64,000 nt of DNA, taken from assembly GCF_963921235.1 (NCBI RefSeq), contig NC_086108.1, positions 48,486,001 to 48,550,000 of the forward strand. Direction: 5' to 3'. A program made the position numbers and the translations under genes. The notes beneath the pieces are model-generated. The model did not search any database. It was not told the DNA's origin and was given only the letters and a program-made list of their open reading frames with translations. The stretch comes from Mobula hypostoma (taxonomy: Eukaryota). This document shows positions 1 to 12,700 of the stretch, piece after piece (position 1 is the first letter of the stretch; every line of letters begins with the position of its first letter).

Positions 1-492
1 CTAAGGAGAAAGGGGGGACTGGGGCAGAGTTTAAATCAATGGTTACAGATGGGAACAGTGAGGTTTGCAGTTTGACCTCGGACTGATCGCCAAGGATTGA
101 TAGGTGAGGTTGTCAAGATGGATTAGGTCTGCAGATGGTGGGTGTCAGATGCTTTTAGTAGATAGGCAGGGTTAGACAATGATCAGGAGTTTGACTGGGG
201 GGCTGGGTGGAAGATCTAAAGGAGAACCAGAAAAGCAGATGACATAACCTAGTTATTTGCAACTACCTTATTAAGACTTGCTCAGGCTGATCTCCTTTAA
301 CGCATAATGAAGTAGGTCTCATTGGCCTTGTGAAATCCTGCTGCTAGGTAACATGTTTTTGATGTTGTCCCATGATTGCTTCTTAATTAACACTGTCTTC
401 ACCATAAGTTTTGGAGGAATATATAATGCAATGCCTAAGTATTTATTAATCTGCTTAGATGTACCTTTGACTAAGTTACTTTCCTTTTGAAG

Positions 493-762
493 TGCCTCCA
501 GTCATAATGGCACACCCAACAAACTATGTTGTTACTTTGGATAAACCCGTCACTATGGTATGTGAGGCCAAGGGTTACCCAAATCCCGAAGTCACCTGGA
601 ACAAAGATGGACATCCTGTTTCCGAGAGCATTCGCCAGAGGATCCTCAGCACAGGAGCCCTCCAGATTGCCTTTGCCCAACCCCAGGACACTGGTCGATA
701 CACCTGTACAGCAGCCAACTCTGCAGGTTCCAGCAGTTCAGTCATGGTTTTAACGGTTCACA
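493..762 (+). CDS. HMCN1: HMCN1 exon, Ig I-set domain (VPPVI...LTVH)
   Basis: ttttgaag|TG acceptor, CACA|gtaagt donor; C..W..DTGRYTC Ig motif; 270 nt, phase 1-1. Confidence 0.95.
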
Positions 763-3700
763 GTAAGTGTTACGTTACCTATGTCAACATCCTCATCTTT
801 AAGATCAGTTGGATTTCTTTAACTGCATGCTCCTCCTGTCGGTGCTTGTAACAGAGTTACCAAGAGGTCTTTGAAGTAATCGCCGGAAGCACACCAATCA
901 AAAGCTCCTAACTTTAAAATTACTTTTGTTGTAACAGTAAGAATGTTAATTCTTCTCCTGACTCAAACTAAAGTCAAATGTACACTGTACTTTTTCCAGC
1001 ATTGTTCAGCTAGTCTGCATTTCCCAGACTCTACAATGGACTTAAGATTTTTACCCCATCTGATCGACAGAGTATTTGAAATGCATAAGTAGATTGCCAA
1101 ACACTGGGGAAATTAGTCTAATGGTGAAACCTCATTCTGATTCGACTGCAGATCCCCCATCCTAGTTGATCGGATCTATCTGACTAGCACAGCATGTGCT
1201 AGCTCAGCTCTAGGGTAACAGAGATTAAATGAACAGAAGTTCTCAGCCATGAGGTTGAGAGAGAGGTAATCACTTGCACAAAAGCCAGAAAGAAACTTAT
1301 CAAGTGTCAAGTTATCAATCATCTACTAGAAAGTGATATGCATTTTCATCTCCTAACTACACTCTCATTCCATAGGGTTCATAGTGTACTGTAGACAGAC
1401 TATGAACTGGGAAAAATGTTGTTTATGGAATAGAGTCACAAAAGTTGGAAAGGAGATATCAGTGTGTATGAAGGTTTTGGACAAGTCTTTGTCTCATGAT
1501 GCTCCCAGTGTGAAGTTACGATTTACACAATCTTCCTTTTACAGTTCCACCATCCATGCACACCTCTGCCACTGAGTTTGTGGCGATTGAGCAGTCTCAG
1601 ATAATAATTCCTTGCAGCGCTGATGGTGTACCTGAGCCAGCACTGACCTGGCAGAAAGATGGCAAAATCTTGCAGAACAAATTAGGAAAATATAAATTAT
1701 TGCCGTCAGGAGAGCTCCTTGTGGAAAATGCGGTGGTAAGTAAGAAAAGTCTTGCCTTTTATCATGGAATGTGGAATGATGCTTATGGTTCTATGAGATT
1801 GTTTAGATGAGCACATGTACTTTAATGCACCTATTTATTTTAGGATGCATAGGGAATTGAGGGATGTGGGAATCAAGAGGGAAAATGGATTGAGGTACAG
1901 AATCAGCCATGATAGGATTGAATGTTGGAGCAATCCCTGAGGTCAGCAAGACAACACCCATTTCCGTTTCTTTTGCTTTTTACTGGTTATAACCGGTACA
2001 GCTGCTGACATGATGCAACATATTTTGAAGATGTATGGTAATTGCAATGTGGTAATGCTTCCTGGTCCACATAAATCTGGTGCCCGGGAGCTGTTGGACT
2101 GTATCTCTGGAATGTATCAGTGATGCAGATTGCCATCTTTCTGGGAATAGAGTAGCAGGAATGTTGATAGCTCATGATTTCCTCATGTGCTGACTAAGGG
2201 AGGCAGAATAGCGTAGGAGTCAGTATAAAGCTTTACAGTGCCTGTCTGTAACTTCTCCCTGTGACGACGTGGGTTTCCTCCAGGTGCTCCAGTTTCCTCC
2301 CACATTCCAAAGGTGTACAGGTTAATGTTAGTAAGTTGTGGGCATGTATGTTAGTACCAGAAGCATAACAACACTTGTGGGCTGCCCCCAGCATAGTCTC
2401 GGACTGTGTTGGTCAGTGATGCAAAACAATGCATTTCACTGTATCTTTCGATATTTCGATGTGCTGTAACAAATAAAGCTAATCTATATTGTTTCTGTTG
2501 ATATCCTAATTCTAATTTTCTTTTATTCTCTGCCAGCCTGACGACACTGGCAGCTACACTTGCATGGCTACCAACATGGCCGGTCGTGACACCAAGACCA
2601 TTACCCTGAATGTCTACACCCACCCTACTTTTACAGAGCTGCCTGGAGATGTATCCTTAAACAGGGAGGAACGTCTGGAATTGAATTGTGCAGCAAATGG
2701 TATTCCCACACCCAAAGTTACCTGGACCTTCAACAACAACATTATACCTGGTAAGAATTCCTAAGGCAAAGGCGCAAACTGAGAGTCTGTTTTACTGTTA
2801 GATCAGGGTGAAGAACTTTAACAAGGTTATGGGTAATAAGCAGGGTCATAAGAATAGGCACAGTGTACCTTCAAGCTTCTCTTCTCTAAATTTGCACGAT
2901 CCTTTGTTCATTTAAAAATTTGGAAAACCTATCATTACATTAGACACAGAAAATTCTGAATTATCCTATCTTCCCTAACAGAAGCTAAAAATCACTTTGG
3001 ACTTTGTAATTATCATCCCTCAACCATCTTGAACCAGAGTGGATCACTCACCCTGACATTGAACTGATTTCATAATCTATGGACTCACTTTTACAGACTC
3101 TACAGCGTGTTCTTGGTATTAATTATCTATCTATCTATCTATTTGTTTGTTTATTTATTTATTACTTTTTTCTCTATTTTGTATTTGCACAGTTTGTAGT
3201 CTTTTGCACATTGGTTGTTTGTCCATATTTGCTGTGTGAATTTTCATTGATTTTATCGTCTTTCTTGGTATTTACTGAGAATGCCCACAAGAAAATGACT
3301 CTCAAGATAGTATATACATGTACTTTGATAATAAATTTAGTTTGAATGATATGTTGAAATCCTAAATTCAGAAGCAACTGGCAGATGTATTTTGACAAAT
3401 GACCACATTTTGTTCCTACAGCCCAATATGATGATGTCAACGGACACAGCAAATTGGTCATTGAAAAGACATCAAAGGATGACTCGGGCACGTACGTTTG
3501 TACAGCAGAAAACAGAGTCGGATCTATCAAAGCCATTGGATTTGTATACGTCAAAGGTGAATTAAGGGAATTATTTTATTTTCCTGATTCAGTCATTTCA
3601 ATGCAGTTCACCAGCTTGCCTACCCACCACTGTAAAAGACTGTTTTGTCAGCATTTACATGAAAAGATGATGAACTTCTAACCCAAAACATTTGTTTTAA

Positions 3701-6700
3701 ATATTGAAATGAATGTGGAAAATCCTGAATTTTTAATTGAGAGCTATTAGTGTCTTTAAAGAGAAAATATCATTATAATATCTGGTAAAATGATGCATCT
3801 GAGCGTGCACTCAGATAAAACCACACATAGTCTTTAGATTCCAGTGAACTGGCTCGTTCAGGCCTGTATCATAACATATTACAAGTATTACATGACATTT
3901 CATTGCAATTGATATAAGATTAGATCGTTGCAAAAAATTAAGATGATCCCAAAAAGCGTGTCTGCTTTTCTTGTTAAAATGTGAAAATATTTTTGATTGG
4001 TACAGAAAGACATTTGAGTTGATAAGCAATCCTGTTCATATTGATGGGCCCAATCAACTGTTTTGTGTTGGCAAGACTGCTTTCTGTTTCAAATTAGAGT
4101 GAAGATTTCGTAAAAGTAGAATGCACGTTTTACATTTCCAACTTCCTGCTTCAAATGAGATCACTTACCTGTTGCAACTAAATTAGTAGCTGAGAGCCTG
4201 CGCTTAATTTCCTGGTTAGGAAATCCAAAATCACAGCCACTGAATTTTCATTAAGCATTTAAAGTGGGTGAAACGCACAACTAGGAGCAGAAATACAGTA
4301 AAGAATTTGCATCAATGACACTAAATGAAGATTAATTATCATTGCTTTTTTAAAGGGGCTGAGCTAATAAATTAATCGCTAGATGTTTTATATTAATTGT
4401 GAAAATTGACCTGGCTTCAGAGAAATCCAACTGAAAAATAATAAAACAATAAGACGTAAGAGCAGAATTAGGCCATTCAGCCCATTGAGTCCACTCTGCC
4501 ACTTCATCATGGCTATCCCAGATCCCATTCAACCTCACGCACCTGCCCTCTCACCATATCCCATGATTCCCCAACCAATCAAGAAGATATAAACTTCTGC
4601 TTAAGTATACCCACAGACTTGGCCTCCACCGCAGTCTGTGGCAGAGTATGCCACAATGTCACTACTCTTTGGCTAAGAAGATTCCACCCTACTTCCGTTC
4701 TAAAAGGTGGCCCCTCAGTTTTAAGGCAGTGCCCTCTAGTTCTGAATACCCCCTCCAGAGAAATCATCCTCTCCACATCCTCCTTATCTAGTGCTTTCAA
4801 CATTCAGTAGGTTTCAATGAGATCCCCACACGTTCCTCTAAATTCCAGTGAGTACAGGCCCAAAGCTGCCAAAAGCTCCTCATATGTTAATCCCTTCAAT
4901 CCTGGAATCATCCTCGTGAACCTCCTCTGGACTCTCTCCAATGATGGCACACCCTTTCTGAGATATGGGGCCCAAAACTGTTGACTGCACTCCCAAGTGC
5001 AGCCTGAATAGTGTCTTAAAGCCTCAACATTACCTCTTGTTTTTATATTCTATTTCCCTTGAAATGAATGCCAACATTGCATTTGCCTTCTTTACCACAG
5101 ACTCAACCTGTAAATTAACCTTCTGGGAGTCTTCGATGAGGACTCCTAAGTCCCTCTGCACTTCTGATGTTTGAACCTTCTCCCCATTTAGATAATAGTC
5201 TGCACTATTATTCCTTTTGCCAAAATACATTATCGCACATTTCCGAACACTGTATTCCATCTGCCACTTTTTTGCCCATTCTTCCAATTTGTCTAAGTCC
5301 TGCTGCAATTGCATTGCTTCATCAGCACTACCTACCCCCCCCCACACACCTATCTTTGTATCATCTGCAAACTTTGCCACAAAGCCAGCAATTCCTCTAT
5401 CTAAATCATTGACAAAGATTGTGAAAAGTAACGGTCCCAATACTGACCCCTGAGGAACACCACTAGTCACTGGCAGGAAACGAGAAAGGGCCCCTTTATT
5501 TCCACTCACTGCCTTCTGCCTGTTAGCCATTCCCCTATCCATGCCAGTTTTTTTTTCTGTAACACCATAGGATTTTATCTTGTTAAGCAGTCTCATGTGA
5601 GGCACTCTATCAAATGCCTTCTGAAAATCTAAGTAAATGACATCCACTGCCTCTCCTTTGTCCACTCTGCTTGTTACTTCCTCAAAGAATTCTTACACCT
5701 TTGTCAGGCAAGATTTCCCTTTACAGATTCCCTTTACAGAAACCATGCTGACTGACTTATTTTGTCATTAGTCTTCAAATACCCTGAAACCTCATCCTTA
5801 ATAATGGAATCTAACGCCTTCCTAACCACTGAAGTTGGTCTAACCAACCTATAATTTCCTTTCTTTTATCTTCCTCCCTTCTTAAAGAGTGGAGCGACAT
5901 TTACAATTTAATGTACCTACTGATAGACTGGTGAAAGATCAACATCAACAAATGCCAACATAAGGAACATTGGAGAGAAAACTACCATGACTTTTCAATA
6001 ATTTGTCAGTACTGTGCATCAAATTTTGGTGTCATGACCTAAATGTATATGTATATGTCACATTACAACTGTTGAATCTTAAGCACTAACTTTCTGCACA
6101 GAGCCTCCAATCTTTGATGGTGACTTTAATCCAAACCGCATTGAGCCTCTTGGAGGGAACGCGATCCTCAACTGTGAGGTCCGAGGTGATCCACTCCCCA
6201 CTATTCAGTGGAGTAAGAAAGGAATCCATATTCCGATCAGCAACAGGATCCGTCAACTTCACAATGGTTCTCTGGCCATCTATGGCACAGTGGTAAGCCA
6301 GAGAAACTGAAAAAGATTTGTTATATCTTGATAATCTAACAGTTTCAATACTAATAGCCAATCAAGAAATTATGAAACTGGTTAGTTCTCACAATAAATT
6401 GTTTATGAAGTAATTTTGAAAAACATCGTAAAATCCTTACCTTAAATATATAAACACAATATTTCCCTGAAAGTGACATTACATGTAGACAGGGTGGTGA
6501 TGCTGGCCCTCATCAGTCAGGGCATTGAGTATAAGAGTTGGAACATTGCATTACAGTTGTACAAGATATTGGTGAGGTTGTACCTGAAGCATTGTGTGTG
6601 CAGTGTTGATTATCCTGCTACAAGAAAGACAGCATTAAACTAGAAAGACTGCAAAGCAGATTTATGAGAATGCACCAGGACTTGAGGGCCTGAGTTAGGA

Positions 6701-9700
6701 GGAGAATGGGAGACCTGGACTATATTTATTGGAGCACAGGAGACTGTGCCTTACAGAGGGGTGGCCTTACAGCGGTGTATAAAATAATGAGAGACATCAA
6801 TAAGGTGATTGAATGCAAACCTTTTCCCATAGAAAGAGAATCAAAAACTAAAGGGCATTGGTTTAAGGTGAGAGGGTGAAAGATTTAAAAGGGACCTGAG
6901 GCAACTTTTTGCAGAGGGCAATATGCATATGCAAAGAGCTGCCAGTGGAGGTGGTTAAGGAAGGTACAATAACAACATTTTTTTTTAATTTTATTTTTAT
7001 TTGGATAAGGAGTTCACAATTATCATGTACTTTTTTCACACATATAACCTTTTCCATTTTTTTATATGTATAAAACTACAATTATTTATACATTCTTAAG
7101 TGCACATTGAGATGATATAAAAGCAAAATAAACATTTAAATAGATAATTATGTACTGTGGTAAATCTAACCTATTAGGCTAAGTAATGAAATTAGTTGTT
7201 AAGAAAAATGGTAATAATAGTTTCCATACAACCCTTCTGGACCATTTCCACTGGTCCAAAATGTTGCATACAAGCCTATATACCAACCATTGTAGGTGTT
7301 TATATCCCAATTTGTTCGTGCTTGTTCCTGCCCGCAGACATAATTATCCAATCCCTATGTACTTATTTACTTAATTTTTTCCTTTTTTTTTATCCCTTTC
7401 CCAAATCTTTCCCTTTACTTGTGTTAATTCTCTATTTTCCAAAAAAAACAGTAAACATTTAGACTAGGGGTGCTTACATTAGCAATATTACTGTGTTGAT
7501 GAGAAGAGCAATATAAATCATTAGGAGAGTCATCTAAAGTCTGCTCGCATTGGGGTTATATATTCAATCCATTTATTCCAGATTTGATAAAATGTTTCTT
7601 TTTGAGTTCTCAGGGAGTAGGTCAACTTTTCCATTTTAAATATTTCCAAGATAATTTCGTACCAATCTTCTAATGTAGGTGGTATTGGATTTAGCCATTT
7701 TCTAGTGAGTGATTTCTTACTTGCCGCTAAGAGGGCCTGCAGCAACTTTATATCTTCCTTCTGTTCAAGGAACAATACATGCCCCAAATAGAGCGTCTCA
7801 AAGTTCAGAGGTATCTGGGACCTAAGTACCTTAACTAATGTTCTATGAATACCTTCCCAAAATAGACTTAATTTAGGGCAATCCCAGAAAATATGAAAAT
7901 GATTTGCCTCCTTAGAGCCACACCTTCTCCAACACATCACATTTGTATCTTTATATTTTTCCTGATATGGGGTCTTGAAGTATCTTATAATGTTTTTCCA
8001 ACAATGTTCTCTCCAAGTCAAAGAATTAGTCGAGGACCATTGAAAGCTGCAGATTTTCCCCCAAGCCTCCTCTGAAAGTACCAACCCTGCTTCTTTCTCC
8101 CACTTCTCTTTAATATACAGTGTATTTACATTTTTAGCATGGGAGAGTGCATTATATAGGCGAGAATCTGATTTACTAGGTATTGAACTGCAAGCCGAAT
8201 TCAGAATCTTGAAAAATTCTAATTCTACTGTTGATAGGTCTGTATATCTACAACTCTGGTTAACATAGTTTCGTATTTGAAGGTACCTAAAAAAGTCATT
8301 ATGTTCTAGGCCATGTTTGTCCTGCAGGATTTGGAAACTTTGTAATACTCTTTTATCTATAAATGAGAGGTAGGTTGTAAGACCTTTCTTTATCCATAGC
8401 TCAAATCTTTTATCTCCTCTGTTGGGAAGGAATTCGGTATCATATGCACACCATCTAAAGAGTTTTAGCATGTTATTAATTCCACATGAATTAACCACCT
8501 TCTGCCATACTTTTAATGTAAGATTTATCCAAGCATTATTAAATTTTTCCAACTGGGCCATCAATCCTTTGTCAGCTATTGAGGCCTGAAGAGGAAAACT
8601 GTCAACTAATCCAAATTCTATTTCCTTCCATCTAGCCTTATATTCCCTATTACACCAATATAACAGAGGGGTTATCTGTGAGGCATAAAAATAATTTCTC
8701 AGGCAAGGAAGAACCATACCTCCTCTTTCCTTCCCTAACTGTAAGGTGTTATATCGAATTCTAGGTTTCCTTCCTTGCCAAATGAAGCGGGAAATCCATT
8801 TGTCCCATTCCCTGAATTGATTATCATCCACCTCCACTGGTAAAGTACGGAAAAGATATAATAACCGAGGAAGAATATTCATTTTTATAGTATTTATCCT
8901 TGAATTTAAACTTAAAAAGAGGATAAGATTCCATCTATGTATATCTGCTTTTATCTCTGAGATTAATGGCCCATAATTTACCTGTGACAGTGTTGAAAGA
9001 TCCTTCGGCAGGGTTATTCCTAAATATTTTAATGATTTAGCTTCCCACTTAAGGTCGTATGTATCCTGCAATTTTTTGGATGGTGTATAATTTAGGGACA
9101 TAACCTGCGTTTTCTTTACATTTATTTTATAACCTGATATTTTCCCAAAGTCATCCAACAGTGTAAACAATCCTATAAATGATTTTTCTGGTTCACTCAG
9201 ATAGACCAAAACATCATCTGCGAATAACGCCACTTTCTGTTCAATCCCTGCCACCTTGATACCTTTTACGATTTCGCTCTGTCTTATTAGTTGGGCAAGT
9301 GGTTCAATATATAGCGCAAAAAGGAGAGGAGAAATTGGGCATCCCTGTCTAGTGCCTCTCTCTAAAATGAAGGAGTCAGAGAGGTCCCCATTTATCTTAA
9401 TTCGGGCTGTTGGGCTGTCATACAGAGTCTGAATTACTTTAATAAACCTTTCTTGAAAGCCGAATCTTCCTAACACTCTGTATAGGAATGCCCAACTAAC
9501 CGAATCAAAAGCTTTCTCAGCGTCCAATCCTACTACCATTGTCTCTGTCTCGTTCTTATTAACCTGTTCTAATATGTGCAGAGTTCTCCTTATGTTGTCC
9601 TGTGTTTGTCTTTATTGAATAAATCCAGTCTGGTCTAAATGGATTAGGCCAGGTAAAAGCTTTTCCAATCTGCGCGCTAATATAGATGTAAATAGTTTGT

Positions 9701-12700
9701 AATCTAAATTAAGAACACTAATTGGCTGATAATTGCCACATTCTAGTTTATCCTTACCCTCTTTAGGAATAACTGAAATAATCGCTTCTCTCCAGGAAGG
9801 TGGAGTTTCTCCTGTCTGCAAGATCCAATTAAAGGTGTTAAGTAGTAATGGGGCTAACTGTGTCTTCAGGGACTTGTACCACTCTGAGGTAAACCCATCA
9901 GAACCCGGGGACTTTCCAGCCTTTAACCTAGAGATGGCCACGTTCAGTTCTTTGACAGTTACTGGTTCTAATAAACTTTCATTTTGTAAATCTGTAAGTT
10001 TAGGTAGATCTAAGAAATTCAATACACTGTCTATATAGGGCTCATTGGGGGCCCGGGGTTGGGAGTACAGCTCTCGATAATACGTTTCAAAACTCTCTTG
10101 AATTTTCCCTATTGTACTCTCCACAAGCTTTGTCTTTGGATTCTTTATTTTATGAATTGTATTGTCTGCTTGTTGTTTTCGTAATTTATATGCTAATAAT
10201 CTAGCTGATTTACCTCCTACTTCATAATTCTTTTGTCTCAGGTAAAGAAAATTTCTTTGAGTTTCCAACGTATAAATATCATCAATTTCACTTTGCAATT
10301 TCCTAATTTCCTGTTTTCGATTTGAATTACTTTTGTTGCTATCTACAACTTGAAGTTGTTTTAATTTTCCTTGAAGGTCTTCTAATTTTTGTGCATTGAT
10401 TTTTTTCATGTGAGTAGTAATGGAAATAATTTTCCCTCTCAGTACAGCTTTCAATGTATCCCATAAAATCACTGGTGATGTTTCTCCCGTGTCATTAAGG
10501 TCTAGATATTCTTTGATTTCTCCCCTTAATCTCTCCATTACTTTTGGGTTATTAAGTATATGTGAGTTTAGCCTCCATAGTGTTGTCCTCATTTTCCTTT
10601 CCAGGATTAGAGACATAGAGACTGGGCTATGATCCGACAGATCAATTGTTGCAATATTACAGTTTTTTATCCTGAGTCTATCTGTATTAAAGATAAAGAA
10701 ATAGTCTATCCTTGAATAGGCTGAATGAGGGAAAGAGTAATATGTATAATCTTTACTAGTAGGGTGTAATTCCCTCCAGACATCTATAATTCCCAACTCC
10801 TCCATCAATGAATTCACTTTCCGAGTCAGAGGTTTATTCTGAGTAACTATTCTTGAAGAATCTAATATAGGATTTAATCTAATATTAAAATCCCCTCCAC
10901 AAATTACTACCCCTCGAGAACTGACCATTAGGTCAAAAATGTGTCTATAAAATGACCATTCACTACCTGGAGGAGCATAAACATTCAGCAATGTTATTTC
11001 TGTACCTTCTATTCTTCCTGTGATTTTTACAAACTGTCCTTCTTTGTCTCTAGTCTCTGAAATATGTTCATAATTAAGAGTACTTGATATTAAAGTAGCT
11101 ACCCCTCTTTTGTGACTCAATTTATATGATGAATAAAATACATGCTTAAAGCCCATTCTTTTTAATTTTCCATGTTCAGATTGGCTCATATGTGTTTCCT
11201 GGAGGAAAGCTATTTGTGCCCTCTCTTTTTTCAATTTAGACATAATCTTATTTCTTTTAATTGGATTCAAAACCCCATTAACATTATAGGAAATTATTTT
11301 TACCAATTCAGTTTGCATTTTTCTCTAGTAGAAAAAAAACACTCTCCTTTTCTAACCAAACAGTAAGCAATCCCTTCTCAACAGTAAACCAAGACATATA
11401 ACCACACCCTAGACATTTCTGAACGTATAACATTTGAAAATTTTCCCCGACTTCCCACAGTGAGGCCTGAGCACCGACCCGCCTCAGTTCAGAGGGATAA
11501 CCTCTATCTTCACCCTGTGTTAGAGGGCCCTCAGCAGTTTGAATAATCATAGAGAATTTTCTCCTATTTATGTCTCGACCATATTGCTATCATTCAAGTT
11601 ATTCCGCCTAGATTATTTTCAGTTACCAGTTTTCATTTTACTTTTAAGTCCAATTTACTCTTTTCAGTCATTTCTCTTAATTAATCTGTATTCTCTGTAC
11701 ATTCGCGTCTGAATATTTGCAGCTTTTCCTTGTAGTTTGACACTCTGTTTCGAGTGGAGCGTCCTCGCCCCACTAACTGCCACGACTTCTGCCGAATCCT
11801 CTCCAGTAGCGACTCCGGTTGGGTGATAACTTTAATAGGTAGTCCCTGGTCCGCCAGGTCCGACGTTGCCTCCTCCACCGTAGCGTAAGTTTTTGTCCCT
11901 TCATCGTAAAAGACTCTCAGCCGAGCTGGATACAGGGTCTGGAATCTGATGTTGTTTTCCTTCAGGACTCTCCGTGTTTCCGTATATTCCTTCCGTCTGG
12001 CAAGAATCCCCGGTGCGTAGTCGTGGTCTAAACTGATTTTACAGTTGTTCCACATGAAACCTTTCTTTTGCCATGCTCTTTTAAGCACCTCTTCCTTCGT
12101 TCTGTAACTGAGAAATCTGACCAGAATCGATCTGGGCTGGGCACCTGCCGGAGGCTGTGGTGCCAACGCGCGGTGAGCCCTTTCTATCTGTAGGTCTTTT
12201 GCGGCCGGTATATCAAGGTTCTCTCTAAGCAGCTTCTCCACGAAGGGAATCATCAATCCGGGTTTACCTTCGGTTCCTTCGGGAACTCCGTAGATCCTCA
12301 CATTTTCCCTTCTCGAGCGGCCTTCTTGATCTATTAGTTTCCACTGGAGTTGGTCTTGCAGCTTCAGCATTTCTGCTATCACTTCCTCGGCATTTTGTAG
12401 CTTCTCTTCAATTCCAACAATCCTCGCTTTGGCTTCATCTATCCGCGAGTTAGTTTTTACTATGTCTCCTTTAATATCTTCCAGCTGTTTGCTGTTATCT
12501 TGTCGGAACTCGCGAATCTCTCCGAGAATCAAAGACAGAGTCACTGATTCCCCCTCATTATCTCCGTCCTGGCTTGCCGTGGGGGAGCTAGGCCCGTCGC
12601 CTTGCTGCGTCTCTTTATGTTTATCAGCCTTCGGAGCGGGCTTTTTATTCTTGTTCTTAGGCATCATCCTTGCCCCTTTTATTAATATAGTTATGCAATA

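Noticed and set aside
1990..2190. Possible very old Penelope RT fragment on the minus strand
   Set aside because: Only a vague resemblance across frameshifts; not supportable without a profile search.
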